DNA of 58,774 nucleotides from assembly GCA_050331735.1 (NCBI GenBank), contig JBHJGN010000033.1, forward strand, positions 1-58,774. Reading direction: 5' to 3'. Made by a program: the position numbers and the translations under genes. Source of the DNA: Cyanophyceae cyanobacterium (GTDB taxonomy: Bacteria > Cyanobacteriota > Cyanobacteriia > Cyanobacteriales > JBHJGN01). Position 1 is the stretch's first letter. Every line of letters begins with the position of its first letter. The notes under the pieces were generated by a model that worked only from the letters and a program-made list of their open reading frames with translations, was not told the DNA's origin and ran no database searches. Positions 1 through 9,598 of this stretch are shown here, in pieces.

Positions 1-104
1 GCTTCTCTTGATGAGGGGCAAGGACTTGGCTTTTGGTAGTTGAAGATGACCTATGTAGTTTTGTCATCTGAAACTATTGCTGGAGGCAAGGTCTGAGGAG
101 AACT
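1..104 (+). promoter_or_regulatory. Putative CRISPR leader (partial, cut by the window edge)
   Basis: Repeat-free stretch longer than any spacer, directly 5' of repeat 1. Repeats end in GAAAC on the + strand, consistent with the leader on this side. Contains the inverted repeat AGATGAC(44-50)/GTCATCT(63-69). Confidence 0.6.
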
Positions 105-1662
105 ATTTACCGATTAATTGAAATCGGAATTGTTGGAAACGGAGGGATTGCTTAACTTCAAGAGATAACTCGTACATTTCCTATTTACCGATTAATTGAA
201 ATCGGAATTGTTGGAAACATGTCTTGTGCTGTCTGAACCCTCGCTGAAAACTGTGTAACTATCAGAATTTACCGATTAATTGAAATCGGAATTGTTGGAA
301 ACCTTTGAGACCACTGTTGTTACAGATCCAGTTTTCAAGTGACCATTTACCGATTAATTGAAATCGGAATTGTTGGAAACAAGCTTAGTTTCAACGTGTC
401 ATCATCAACTAGCTCAACCTTGAATTTACCGATTAATTGAAATCGGAATTGTTGGAAACGGAGATGTTCCCACTCTCTCGCCGCAACAAAGACCGAATAG
501 ATCGTGTCGATTTACCGATTAATTGAAATCGGAATTGTTGGAAACCATTTAAGTCTACGGAAGAAACTATCAAGTTTGCAGCGGAAGTCTTGTATTTACC
601 GATTAATTGAAATCGGAATTGTTGGAAACGAAAGAAATATCTCCAGTTTCACGATTTTTACGAATACCAGAAATATTTACCGATTAATTGAAATCGGAAT
701 TGTTGGAAACTCAAGCGTATCAAGCTGAAGCTTGACTTTGACGTTCTGTCGAACTATTTACCGATTAATTGAAATCGGAATTGTTGGAAACAATCATACA
801 TCTTGTACACGTCGACCGTTTGTTGAGCCGACATTTACCGATTAATTGAAATCGGAATTTTTGGAAACCTCACGACAGCAACGAGCTCTCCCCTGGAATA
901 ATAAAGGGTTTTAATTTACCGATTAATTGAAATCGGAATTGTTGGAAACCAACTCGAAGCAGGAAACAGTATCATACATTACACGTACGATTTACCGATT
1001 AATTGAAATCGGAATTGTTGGAAACGAGCAAATAATTTCTATAATTGAGGGCTTTTTTGAAAAAGACACTATTTACCGATTAATTGAAATCGGAATTGTT
1101 GGAAACTGTCAAACCATGAACGTAGGTAGACGAAACTAAAAGACCATTTACCGATTAATTGAAATCGGAATTGTTGGAAACGTGCCATTTCAAGAGCTTC
1201 ATCTGAAGAAACCGGCAAGTAGCGGAAGGCGAATTCACCGATTAATTGAAATCGGAATTGTTGGAAACCAACATTCTCATCCATTAATTCCGCATAGTGT
1301 GGAATCATTTACCGATTAATTGAAATCGGAATTGTTGGAAACGCACCGCCGCCTTCGAGCTAAAGAATTTTTTCCAGCTATAGTATTTACCGATTAATTG
1401 AAATCGGAATTGTTGGAAACAAACTTGTCAAAGGGACTACTTTGGAAATTCCATTGTCCAGTATTTACCGATTAATTGAAATCGGAATTGTTGGAAACTT
1501 CTAGACTCTTCATGAGCTATTCGAGCATGGTTGAAGATGTGGGTGCATTTACCGATTAATTGAAATCGAAATTGTTGGAAACATCGATGTCTTCCAGCAA
1601 CAGACCTTTCTGAGAAAAGTTGTGCCATTTACCGATTAATTGAAATCGGAATTGTTGGAAAC
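105..1662 (+). CRISPR. CRISPR array: 20 x 36-bp repeats ATTTACCGATTAATTGAAATCGGAATTGTTGGAAAC, 19 spacers of 38-51 bp, plus a probable 20th spacer at 1663-1703
   Basis: Repeats start at 105, 183, 267, 345, 424, 510, 594, 675, 756, 833, 914, 990, 1071, 1146, 1233, 1307, 1385, 1463, 1547 and 1627. Internal stem CCGATT/AATCGG and 3' GAAAC. Single-base variants at 860, 1236 and 1569. Long, variable spacers fit type III. Confidence 0.99.
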
Positions 1663-1703
1663 CCTGTGCTTTTACGAATCCTTCTTGAAGGCTGTCGTAA
1701 AAG

Positions 1704-3219
1704 GTAAGAATTAAGGGAGAGGGGTTGACAAGAGAGAAAAAGTGGATAGAGTAGCCAGTGATGAGTGAAGCCAATCCAGCACAAAACTCCAGAGATTTAA
1801 ACCAGTTGCCGCCGGAAAAACTGGTAGAAATCATAGTGGCTCAACAAACTCAAATTGAGCAGTTACACCAAGAAATAGAAAAACTCAAAGGCAGCTTGAC
1901 CCTGGATAGCCAGACCTCATCAAAACCCCCTTCAAGCGACTTACTCAAGAAAAGCGAAAAGGCGAACAACCAGACAGACCCCCAAAACCAATCAGAGAAA
2001 CGCCGACCGGGAGGACAACCCGGACACAAGGGCAAAACTCGAAAAGGATTTGGGCGAGTAGACCGCTACTGCATTATCGCTCCAGAAATTTGCCCCACCT
2101 GTGGCAAGCTAGAAGTAAGCCGGGAAGTTGTTAAAGTAGAGACTCAGCAAGTCGCGCAACTAGTAGAACGACCGATAGAGATAGTTGAGTATCAGCGACA
2201 CCACTGCCGATGTCTGACTTGTGGTAGAACAGCACTAGAGGATTGGCCAGCCGAAATCCTACCGGGACAGGATCTTGGAGTCAGATTACAAGCCTTGTTA
2301 GTGTGGTTAGGGAACTATGGACATTTATCCTACGCCAAGCAGCAAGAGTTACTGTGGGAATTAGAGGAAATCGAAATTAGTCCAGGGACTCTAGTGACGA
2401 CAAACGAACGAGTTGAAGCAGCGATTGCTGGGAGTGTTGAGGAATTAAAGGAGTGGATAGTTCAGGCTCAGCCCCATCTCCATAGTGACGAAACGCCCTG
2501 GTCAGTCAGAGGAGTCAAAGAATGGCTGTGGGTCTTAGCTGGTGTTGACTTTTGTTGGTTTCATGCTGGAGATACCCGTGCCAGGAAAGAACTCGAAGCC
2601 GTATTAGGGTCACAATATGGTGGAGTTCTCATTAGCGACGATTTCAACGTCTACAATGGTTACCCTGTTGCCGGGCAACAAAAATGTTTGGCCCATCTAC
2701 GCCGTCATTTCCGACGTTTGTTGCAAACCAACGGCAAGCATAATTAGGTGATTGCCCAAACATTTCTCAAGCTGATTGATGAAGCTTTTGAGCAACATCG
2801 AGGTTGGCGAGAAACCGCTGATGAGAAACAATACGCTCCTGGGCGCAAGACTTTCAAGAAAGAGTGGCTCACTCGGTTGCCCACTGGCTCACTTCAGCCG
2901 GATACGCTGCCGGAAAGCTGTTACGCTCCTTGAGGGATAAGGCGGCTCAGTGGTGGTATTTTCTCAAGTATCCCGATGTTCCTCCTGATAACAACTTGGC
3001 AGAACGGTGTCTGAGAACCGCTGTGGCTAAGCGAAAAGTTTGTGGTGGCTCTCGGAGTCTGGAGAGGTTTCGCCATACGGCTCACTTACTAAGTGTGATT
3101 CAGTCTTGTCGTCTTCAAGGTCGTTCCGTCCTGCGTTTCTTTGAGCAGGCTTTACAGGCTACTGTTAAACCTTATTTTTGTCCTTCTCTTGTTCCTTGAT
3201 TCAACACCTGAATCCTTAC
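1704..3219 (+). mobile_element. IS66-family insertion sequence (single-ORF type), ~1.5 kb
   Basis: Terminal inverted repeats GTAAGAATTAAGG (1704) and CCTGAATCCTTAC (ending 3219) match at 11/13 and begin GTAA, as in IS66. They enclose the transposase. No 8-bp target-site duplication (cgtaaaag vs caacagac). Confidence 0.88.
1758..3199 (+). pseudogene. IS66 transposase (TnpC-like), disrupted
   Basis: Motifs SSKPPSSD, PGGQPGHKG, CPTCG, DETPW, CLAHLRRHF and PPDNNLAERCLR. In-frame TAG at 2745-2747 and a frameshift near 2835-2865 split it into three ORFs. Confidence 0.9.
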
Positions 3220-3623
3220 CAACAGACAACATTTTTCTAGGTAAAGACTCCATTGAGTTCGGCTTTTTACCGATAGACGTTCTGCCTGTCGTTCGCTGAT
3301 GGTCACAGCTCCAATAATACTTTTTATTTTTCTCTTTCTGCCTGATTTTGTTCCACTGCTTTTCTGGATCAAATTTTTGCTATTTCTGGGTTTACGTAAT
3401 TAAGCAGATGACCTCTAACTGCCTCTTCTATTCCTCCCAATGTTTGTACTTGCTCAGGAGCGGTTTCTTCGTACAATAATTCGGCGAGCGCCTGAGCGTG
3501 TTCTTGAATCTTCGTTAGCTTGTCAGCCTTCATGTTCACTACCTTCACTATTCTTTCAGGATAATCATTTGCCTTCTTGAGTTCACTAGGTCTTTCTACT
3601 TACTACATAACTGGGAGGCACTC
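3220..3623 (-). mobile_element. Truncated ISKra4-family-like element (left end plus transposase N-terminus)
   Basis: From ATG 3533: MKADKLTKIQEHAQALAELLYEE...GGIEEAVRGHLLNYVNPEIA, then a frame change into ...GRKRKIKSIIG...LEKCCLL, cut at the IS66 end. Resembles cyanobacterial ISKra4 transposases, which use a programmed frameshift. Putative element end GAGTGCCTCCCAGTT at 3623. Confidence 0.7.
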
Positions 3624-4081
3624 GGTGCCGATTTGGTGAGGCTGCTGGACTCAAGTGGAAGCATATTAGCGAAGACTGTAAATCAGTTTGGATCGGTGAA
3701 TCTGTCTCAAGAGGAGTTAGGACGGCGACTAAGACAAATCGTGCTAGGACTATTCAGTTAACGCCAAAAGTTATTGAGATATTGAAGTCGCGCCGCCACC
3801 ATCGTCATAGTTTTGAGGATTTAGTGTTTCCTGCCCCAAAGGGTGGAGAAATTAATGACTACACCTTTCGGCGTCGTGCGTGGAAAAGTGTGCTTGAGCA
3901 AATTGCTGTTGATTATCGGAAACCTTACACTACAAGACACACTGCCATCAGCCATGCGTTAGCTGGAGGAGCGAATTATTTGCAAGTTGCTGATGCGACA
4001 GGCCATGACCCTCACCCTCAGATTTTGCACGAACACTACGCTTCTGTTATTGAGCAAAAGTCGGTCTTCGTTGAATTCTAA
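3624..4081 (+). pseudogene. Tyrosine recombinase/phage integrase, C-terminal fragment
   Basis: The frame extends upstream of the listed ORF: (G)CRFGEAAGLKW...TKTNRAR...YRKPYTTRHTAISHAL...TGHD...HY, the catalytic R-K-R-H-Y pattern. The N-terminus is removed at the IS boundary at 3623. Confidence 0.85.
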
Positions 4082-4245
4082 GTTTTCTTTGCTGTTTTTC
4101 TTATTCTGAATCTTAGTAGCATGAACTGGACTAGAGACATCAAAGCAATTGCCCTCTGTCACCTTAGCGTTTCAGATGACCGTGTCATAAACAATGCTGT
4201 CTTTACTAGACATAGTATGGGAAGGCTGAATTAGTCGCGTCAAAC

Positions 4246-4270
4246 TTGGGCGGAGGCGACCTCCGCCCAA
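4246..4270. terminator. Perfect 11-bp GC-rich hairpin (terminator- or REP-like)
   Basis: TTGGGCGGAGG-CGA-CCTCCGCCCAA, between the converging integrase fragment and the cluster operon. Confidence 0.5.
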
Positions 4271-4317
4271 CAACATGAATGAAACCATGATTTTAGAGGT
4301 CTTTGGGTTAGAATGTA

Positions 4318-4461
4318 ATACCATTTACCGAAAGTAGTCAGATAGTTCCTTAAACTAACCAAACATTAGAGGTTCAAGGGCAAAGAGCTGCTGTGCTTCC
4401 CTTTCCCCTTTCCCCTTTACCCCAACTCATCAAGTCTCCGATTACTTTTTCTAATTGGTAT
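4318..4461. repeat. MITE-like element with imperfect terminal inverted repeats and an internal CTTTCCC heptamer (STRR-like) tract
   Basis: The left end ATACCATTTACCGAAAGTAGTCAGATA is an imperfect inverse of the right end ...CGATTACTTTTTCTAATTGGTAT. Heptamers at 4401-4421. A related copy lies at 15130-15258. Confidence 0.55.
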
Positions 4462-4628
4462 AAAACTATTCCCAATCCGGTTGCGGGAACACCGACGTGC
4501 GTGCCGATTAGCCGCAGACACAAGATGAGGCAACAACGCTGCGATTTAGGGAAATACCAAGCTAAACCTACCCGTCAGGGAGAGCACCGTTACGAGGAGC
4601 GCTTGGACAAGTCTTTCAAAAACTACAG

Positions 4629-4835
4629 CTATCGCTCTTCTGCCATTTTCAGCCGTAGGCTTAAGGGACGCATATCTGTCCATACCGTCTCAATGTACTC
4701 CAAACACTCGGATTTCGTGCCGACTTTGCCAGCATCTTGCCACCCCGAAGGATTCGAGCGATCGCTCAACCAGATTGAATACTGTTCTTCGTGGTTGATA
4801 ACAACTTTGTATTTGTTTTCTTCTGCGTTCATCAT
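4629..4835 (-). CDS. mbtH: MbtH-like protein (NRPS adenylation activator)
   Basis: [12 protein letters not shown]...P.GW...[19 protein letters not shown] is the MbtH signature; AAGGAG ribosome-binding site upstream. Confidence 0.97.
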   Translation of the reverse strand: MMNAEENKYKVVINHEEQYSIWLSDRSNPSGWQDAGKVGTKSECLEYIETVWTDMRPLSLRLKMAEER

Positions 4836-4874
4836 TATCTCCTTAGTTGATTAGTTGCTAAAATTCAAGCAGTT

Positions 4875-5204
4875 TTAGTCTTCAGTAACGGTAGTGGCAA
4901 TATTGGCTGGCGAGGCTGTGTGCTGGGAAGGCTCAAACTTCAGATAATCGTGGCAGAATGCAACCCACTCAGGGCAAACGCGGTCAAAAACAACGTTTTC
5001 ATCTAAATAAATCCCATCGGTAACCACATAATTTTCTTGAAGATAGAGAAAATCTTCATCCGTTAACACTCGACTGACTTCAACAGTTTGACCATCAACA
5101 ATCTGTTGCACCTTGCGAGTATTATCAGTTTGTTCGGCCCACTGGCTGAATTGACGAAGCTGATGGAGAGGATAAGCTTTACAGTAAGCTCCCATTGTTT
5201 TCAT
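4875..5204 (-). CDS. Hypothetical ~109-aa protein in the NRPS operon
   Basis: Co-oriented between the terminal NRPS and mbtH. AGGAG precedes ATG 5204 (the ORF track extends it to 5228). Motifs MGAYCKAY...FLYLQENYVVTDGIYLDENVVFD...PEW..FC...LKF. Confidence 0.8.
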   Translation of the reverse strand: MKTMGAYCKAYPLHQLRQFSQWAEQTDNTRKVQQIVDGQTVEVSRVLTDEDFLYLQENYVVTDGIYLDENVVFDRVCPEWVAFCHDYLKFEPSQHTASPANIATTVTED

Positions 5205-5260
5205 CGTTAACACTCCTAAATTGAACATGAATTGGAAACCAAGTTGCCATCGCCAGATGA

Positions 5261-8200
5261 CTATGACAAGCGAGCTAAGGGCGATTCTAAGAAACCACTG
5301 CGCACGAAAAACGAGAAATAAGTTTGCAGTAGTTTATCATTCGCAGGAGGACAAGAAATCGCCGTTCCTTGCAGTGCGGTCATGGTATTTTGGCAGTCAA
5401 ACCTAGACTCCAAGGATGGTGAGAGGCGATCGCTATTCGAGTCGAGCGAGGGGGCGACCGTTGGAAAGCGAGGCAGCATGGGATAGAGAACGTTCTGCTG
5501 AGATTGCAGCAGTTGCTCTCGCCAGCGCTCGTAAGGCAGTAACTCCAGGGATTGTCCCGATTGCTCAACTAACCAATCTACTAACTCTTGCACTGGTATG
5601 GGATGAGGGTTGACAAGATGAAAAGCTTTGCCTAGCGCCTCTGGTTGTCTAGAAATATAAACAATCGCCCGACTGACATAATCTACCGGAGTCATGTCGA
5701 TTAACCGCTCGCTATCAGGTTTTGGTAAGCTTCCCAGTTGAAGACAACCTTTGAGGGTCAGCGAGATAAAATCGTGAGGATTACCGCATCCCGTTCGACT
5801 GTCACCCGTTACTCGACCAGGACGATAGATACAAATAGGTAACCCTCTCTCTCCGGCGGCGCGAACTAGCTTTTCTGCGACCCATTTACTCTGGGCATAT
5901 CCACTTTGTAGGCGATCGCCATATAGTGGATTGTCGCCCTCATAAATAAAAGCGGACTTGTTCAGGTCGGCTGTGGCAAACACACCAAACGTAGAAATAA
6001 AGTGAACGGGTTTGGTTTTCTTGGAGCAAGCCAACCGCAAAACCTCCTGAGTGCCTAAAACATTAATGGCCTTGAGGACAGAATAGGAATAGACAAAGTT
6101 AACGAGCGCTCCACTGTGATAAATGACATCAACTTGCTCAGCAAGGCGGTGAGACTGTTCCCCGCTCAGTCCGAGTTTTGGTTTTGACAGATCGCCTAAA
6201 ACTGGAATAATTCGAGGTTCAAACTCACTGCTCCATAGAGCGTAAGTCTCTAAGCTGGCTCGCAGTTTAGAATGCGCTTCGTGTAGACTAATAGCTCGTA
6301 CTAAGCAGTAAATGGTTGCATCAGTTTGTTGCAATAGCTCGTAGAGCAAAAACGCTCCTAAAAATCCGGTGGCACCCGTCAAGAAAATGGCCGTCGGTTC
6401 TCCAGAAGCAACTTGTTGCGTGGGGATAATGGCAGAATCGAGAATTGCTTCTCGCTCTAAATCGATAGAATCCCCGTTAGGCATAGGGAGACCCGCACGC
6501 AGGTCGGCAATAAAACTCGCTTGCTCGGCTAGGGTTGGCATTTCAAACAAGTATTTCAACTGCACATCTACTGCAAAGGTCTGTTGAACGAGCGTTAATA
6601 ACTGAATAGCGAGCAGAGAATGACCGCCGATTTCAAAGAAGTTATCGGTCAAGCTGATTGCTTCTAAATTCAGCAAAGTTCTCCAAATCTCCGCAAGCTG
6701 CCGTTCGACTGCCGTGTGAGGGACAGTTTGTGGTTCGACATCGCTTGCAGTCAGATAGGGAGCGGGGAGCGATCGCCGATCGACTTTGCCATTCGGAGTG
6801 AGCGGCAAAGCCTCCAGATAGACAAAGCGACTCGGAATCATAAACTCAGGCAGCCGCGATCGCAGAAATTGCTGTAGTTCCCGCGCTTCTGGAGGAGACG
6901 AAGGCGTAAGCGAGATGCCGTAGGCAACAAGCTGCTCCTCTTCTTGGAACTTCCGCGTTACCACTACAGTTTCCCGTAGCTGGGGATGCCGAGCAAGCTG
7001 AGTTTCGATTTCCCCAAGCTCGATCCGAAAACCGCGAATTTTCACCTGAGAGTCGAGTCGCCCTAAAAACTCTAAACTGCCATCCCGACGGTAGCGAACC
7101 CGATCTCCGGTGCGGTAGAGCCGCGTTCCGGGCTGGTTGCTGAAGGGGTCGGGAAGGAATTTTTCAGCCGTCAAGCCGGGGCGGTTGAGATAACCACGGG
7201 CAACCCCAACCCCGCCGATGTAAAGCTCTCCCGGTACTCCAATCGGCACGGGATACTGTTGAGCATCAAGCAGATAAACTTGCAGGTTAGCGATCGCCTT
7301 GCCAATCGTGACCTGACCGACCAATTCCTGGTGCGTCGCCCAGATCGTCGCTTCCGTTGGACCGTACAGATTCCACACCTGACAGCGGGAGCGCAACTGG
7401 TCGGCTAAATCCTGAGCAAGGGACTCCCCACCGCAGAGAATTTTCAGCGATGAATCCGGTTCCCAGTGCGCCGCCAGCAGCATGCGCCACGTCGCCGGAG
7501 TGGCTTGCATGACGGTCGCCTGGGAGCGCTGGAGGAGTTCGGCTAAGCGGAACCCGTTAGCCGCTACCTCGCGGTCGGCAAGAACGATTTGTGCGCCGAC
7601 TGTCAGAGGCAGAAAAATTTCTAAGACGGCAATGTCAAACGAGAGAGACGTGACCGCCAGCAGAATATCCGATTGAGCGAGTCCCGGACTGTGGCGGTGG
7701 GCGTGTAGAAAATTGACGACGGCGCGGTGAGAAATTTGTACGCCTTTGGGGTGTCCGGTAGAACCAGAGGTATAGATAATATAGGCGAGATTGCTTGGGT
7801 GCAGAGGAACTTGGAGATTAGCGATGTTCGGTTGTGGTTCTTCAGTTGAATCGAGACAGAGAGTTTGACCGGAATAGTGAGGAAATAAAGCCAACAGATG
7901 GGATTGCGTTAGCAAAATTCCGATGGGAGCGTCCTCTATCATATAAACGAGGCGCTGCTGTGGATAAGCTGGATCGAGGGGAATGTAAGTTCCGCCAGCT
8001 TTCAACACGCCGAGCAGGGCGATTACCATAGCTGGAGAGCGCTCTAGGCAAATTCCGACGCGGACTTCAGGAGTCACCCCTAGCTGTTGCAGTTTGACGG
8101 CGAGGTGGTTGGCGCGAGCGTTGAGTTCTCGATAGGTTAGAGGGGTTTCCCGATGGGTGAGGGCGATCACCTCTGGAGTTGAACTGACCTGAGCTTCAAA

Positions 8201-9589
8201 CCCGTGATGAATGCAGTGCTGAGGATAGTCAGCATCAGTCTGGTTCCAGGCGGCGATCTGCTGCTGCTCTGCGGGGGTCAGTTTCGGCAACTGAGCCAGA
8301 TGCTGGGGATGGGCGGCGATGCCGTCGAGGAGGAGTTGGAGGTAGTCTAGCATTTGCGCGATCGTCTCCTCGTCAAAGCGATTGCTGTCGTAACTCAACT
8401 CTAGATAAGGGGCTCGTCCCCCCGCTGCATAAAGACTGAGGGGATAGTGGTTGTGATTTTCACTTTCAAAATTGACCACCTGTAGCGTCTCATCCGGCTC
8501 CCGCAAAGAGGCTACGGGATAATTCTCGAAAACGACCAGGGTATCAAAGAGCGGTGTCCCTGGCGGCAAGTCGCTCCAGCCCTGAATCTGAACCAGGGAG
8601 CTATATTCATACTGCCGCATCTCCACCTGGCGAGCTTGCAATCCTTGCAACCAAGTTAGCAACGACGCATCGGGTTGAACTTGGACACGCATCGGTAAAG
8701 TATTGACGAACGAGCCGACGATAGCCTCAACGTGGGGTAACTCGGCAGAACGTCCCGACGATGTGACCCCAAACACCACATCTGTCTCCCCGCTATAGCG
8801 ACTTAATAGCAAGCTCCAAGCCGCCAGCACGAGGGTATTCAGCGTCAGTTGATGCTGGCGAGCGAGGGCGTAGAGAGCTGCCTCTCGGAGCCCCACGCGC
8901 TGGGTAGCGTGGGGTTGCTCTGGGGGTGAGGGGTGAGGAGTGCTTCGAGAGAGGTGCAACTGAGTCGGAGTCGTGAAGCCTTGAAGGGTTCTGCGCCAAA
9001 ACTGTTCAGCGCGATCGCGGTCCTGCTGCCGCAGCCAGGTGATGTAGTGGCGGTAGGGAACGGGAGTGGGTAATGGGCAAGGCTCATCCCGAACCAGACT
9101 TTTGTACAGCGCGAAAACTTCCTTGAAAACTGTCAGTCGTGACCAGCCATCTAGCAAGATGTGGTGTTTGCTAAAAATAATGTGGTAGGTATCTTCGGTT
9201 AGGCGAATGACCGTCAGACGCAACAGAGGCGCTTGGGTGAGGTCGAATCCCCGCTGACGATCGCTCTCCAACAGGGCTGACAACGCCGTTTGTCTGTCGT
9301 CGGCAGGGCGATCGCGCCAGTCGTATTCGCTCCAGGGCAGCTCTACCTGGCGGTGAACCACCTGCACGGGTTTCTTTAATTCCCAGTGGAAAGATGTCCG
9401 CAGGATCGGATGACGAGCGATTACCTGTTGCCAAGCAGTTTTGAATGCGTGGCTCTTAAACGCTCCTGTGACAGTGAGCTGGTTGCGGTCAAAATAGGCT
9501 CCAGAGTGCGGCGAGTAGAGAGCGTGAAACAGTAAGCCCTGTTGAATGGGGGCGAGTTCGTAGATATCGGCAATTTGCGTCTTCATCAC
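5261..9589 (-). CDS. Terminal NRPS: C(DCL-like)-A(Gly)-T-R (thioester reductase)
   Basis: C HHILLDGWS; A-domain code read manually DILQLGLIWK (Gly); T GGHSL; R domain FLTGATGFLG and YAQSKWVAE. No thioesterase. Confidence 0.95.
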   Translation of the reverse strand: MMKTQIADIYELAPIQQGLLFHALYSPHSGAYFDRNQLTVTGAFKSHAFKTAWQQVIARHPILRTSFHWELKKPVQVVHRQVELPWSEYDWRDRPADDRQTALSALLESDRQRGFDLTQAPLLRLTVIRLTEDTYHIIFSKHHILLDGWSRLTVFKEVFALYKSLVRDEPCPLPTPVPYRHYITWLRQQDRDRAEQFWRRTLQGFTTPTQLHLSRSTPHPSPPEQPHATQRVGLREAALYALARQHQLTLNTLVLAAWSLLLSRYSGETDVVFGVTSSGRSAELPHVEAIVGSFVNTLPMRVQVQPDASLLTWLQGLQARQVEMRQYEYSSLVQIQGWSDLPPGTPLFDTLVVFENYPVASLREPDETLQVVNFESENHNHYPLSLYAAGGRAPYLELSYDSNRFDEETIAQMLDYLQLLLDGIAAHPQHLAQLPKLTPAEQQQIAAWNQTDADYPQHCIHHGFEAQVSSTPEVIALTHRETPLTYRELNARANHLAVKLQQLGVTPEVRVGICLERSPAMVIALLGVLKAGGTYIPLDPAYPQQRLVYMIEDAPIGILLTQSHLLALFPHYSGQTLCLDSTEEPQPNIANLQVPLHPSNLAYIIYTSGSTGHPKGVQISHRAVVNFLHAHRHSPGLAQSDILLAVTSLSFDIAVLEIFLPLTVGAQIVLADREVAANGFRLAELLQRSQATVMQATPATWRMLLAAHWEPDSSLKILCGGESLAQDLADQLRSRCQVWNLYGPTEATIWATHQELVGQVTIGKAIANLQVYLLDAQQYPVPIGVPGELYIGGVGVARGYLNRPGLTAEKFLPDPFSNQPGTRLYRTGDRVRYRRDGSLEFLGRLDSQVKIRGFRIELGEIETQLARHPQLRETVVVTRKFQEEEQLVAYGISLTPSSPPEARELQQFLRSRLPEFMIPSRFVYLEALPLTPNGKVDRRSLPAPYLTASDVEPQTVPHTAVERQLAEIWRTLLNLEAISLTDNFFEIGGHSLLAIQLLTLVQQTFAVDVQLKYLFEMPTLAEQASFIADLRAGLPMPNGDSIDLEREAILDSAIIPTQQVASGEPTAIFLTGATGFLGAFLLYELLQQTDATIYCLVRAISLHEAHSKLRASLETYALWSSEFEPRIIPVLGDLSKPKLGLSGEQSHRLAEQVDVIYHSGALVNFVYSYSVLKAINVLGTQEVLRLACSKKTKPVHFISTFGVFATADLNKSAFIYEGDNPLYGDRLQSGYAQSKWVAEKLVRAAGERGLPICIYRPGRVTGDSRTGCGNPHDFISLTLKGCLQLGSLPKPDSERLIDMTPVDYVSRAIVYISRQPEALGKAFHLVNPHPIPVQELVDWLVEQSGQSLELLPYERWREQLLQSQQNVLYPMLPRFPTVAPSLDSNSDRLSPSLESRFDCQNTMTALQGTAISCPPANDKLLQTYFSFFVRSGFLESPLARLS

Positions 9590-9598
9590 GGTATTGAA

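Noticed and set aside
141..1703. Spacers self-targeting the cluster or IS elements in this window
   Set aside because: No match noticed by eye. This was not an exhaustive search and needs an alignment to exclude.
504..1834. Short ORFs with repeating IYRLIEIGIVGN or FQQFRFQLIGK peptides
   Set aside because: These are translations of the CRISPR repeats and spacers, not genes.
4323..4331. ATTTACCGA, matching the first 9 bp of the CRISPR repeat, as a possible array remnant
   Set aside because: The match is short, the rest of the repeat is absent, and it lies within the terminal repeat of the MITE-like element.
4393..4854. 153-aa plus-strand ORF
   Set aside because: Antisense to mbtH, starts in the heptamer tract, and has no recognisable motif.
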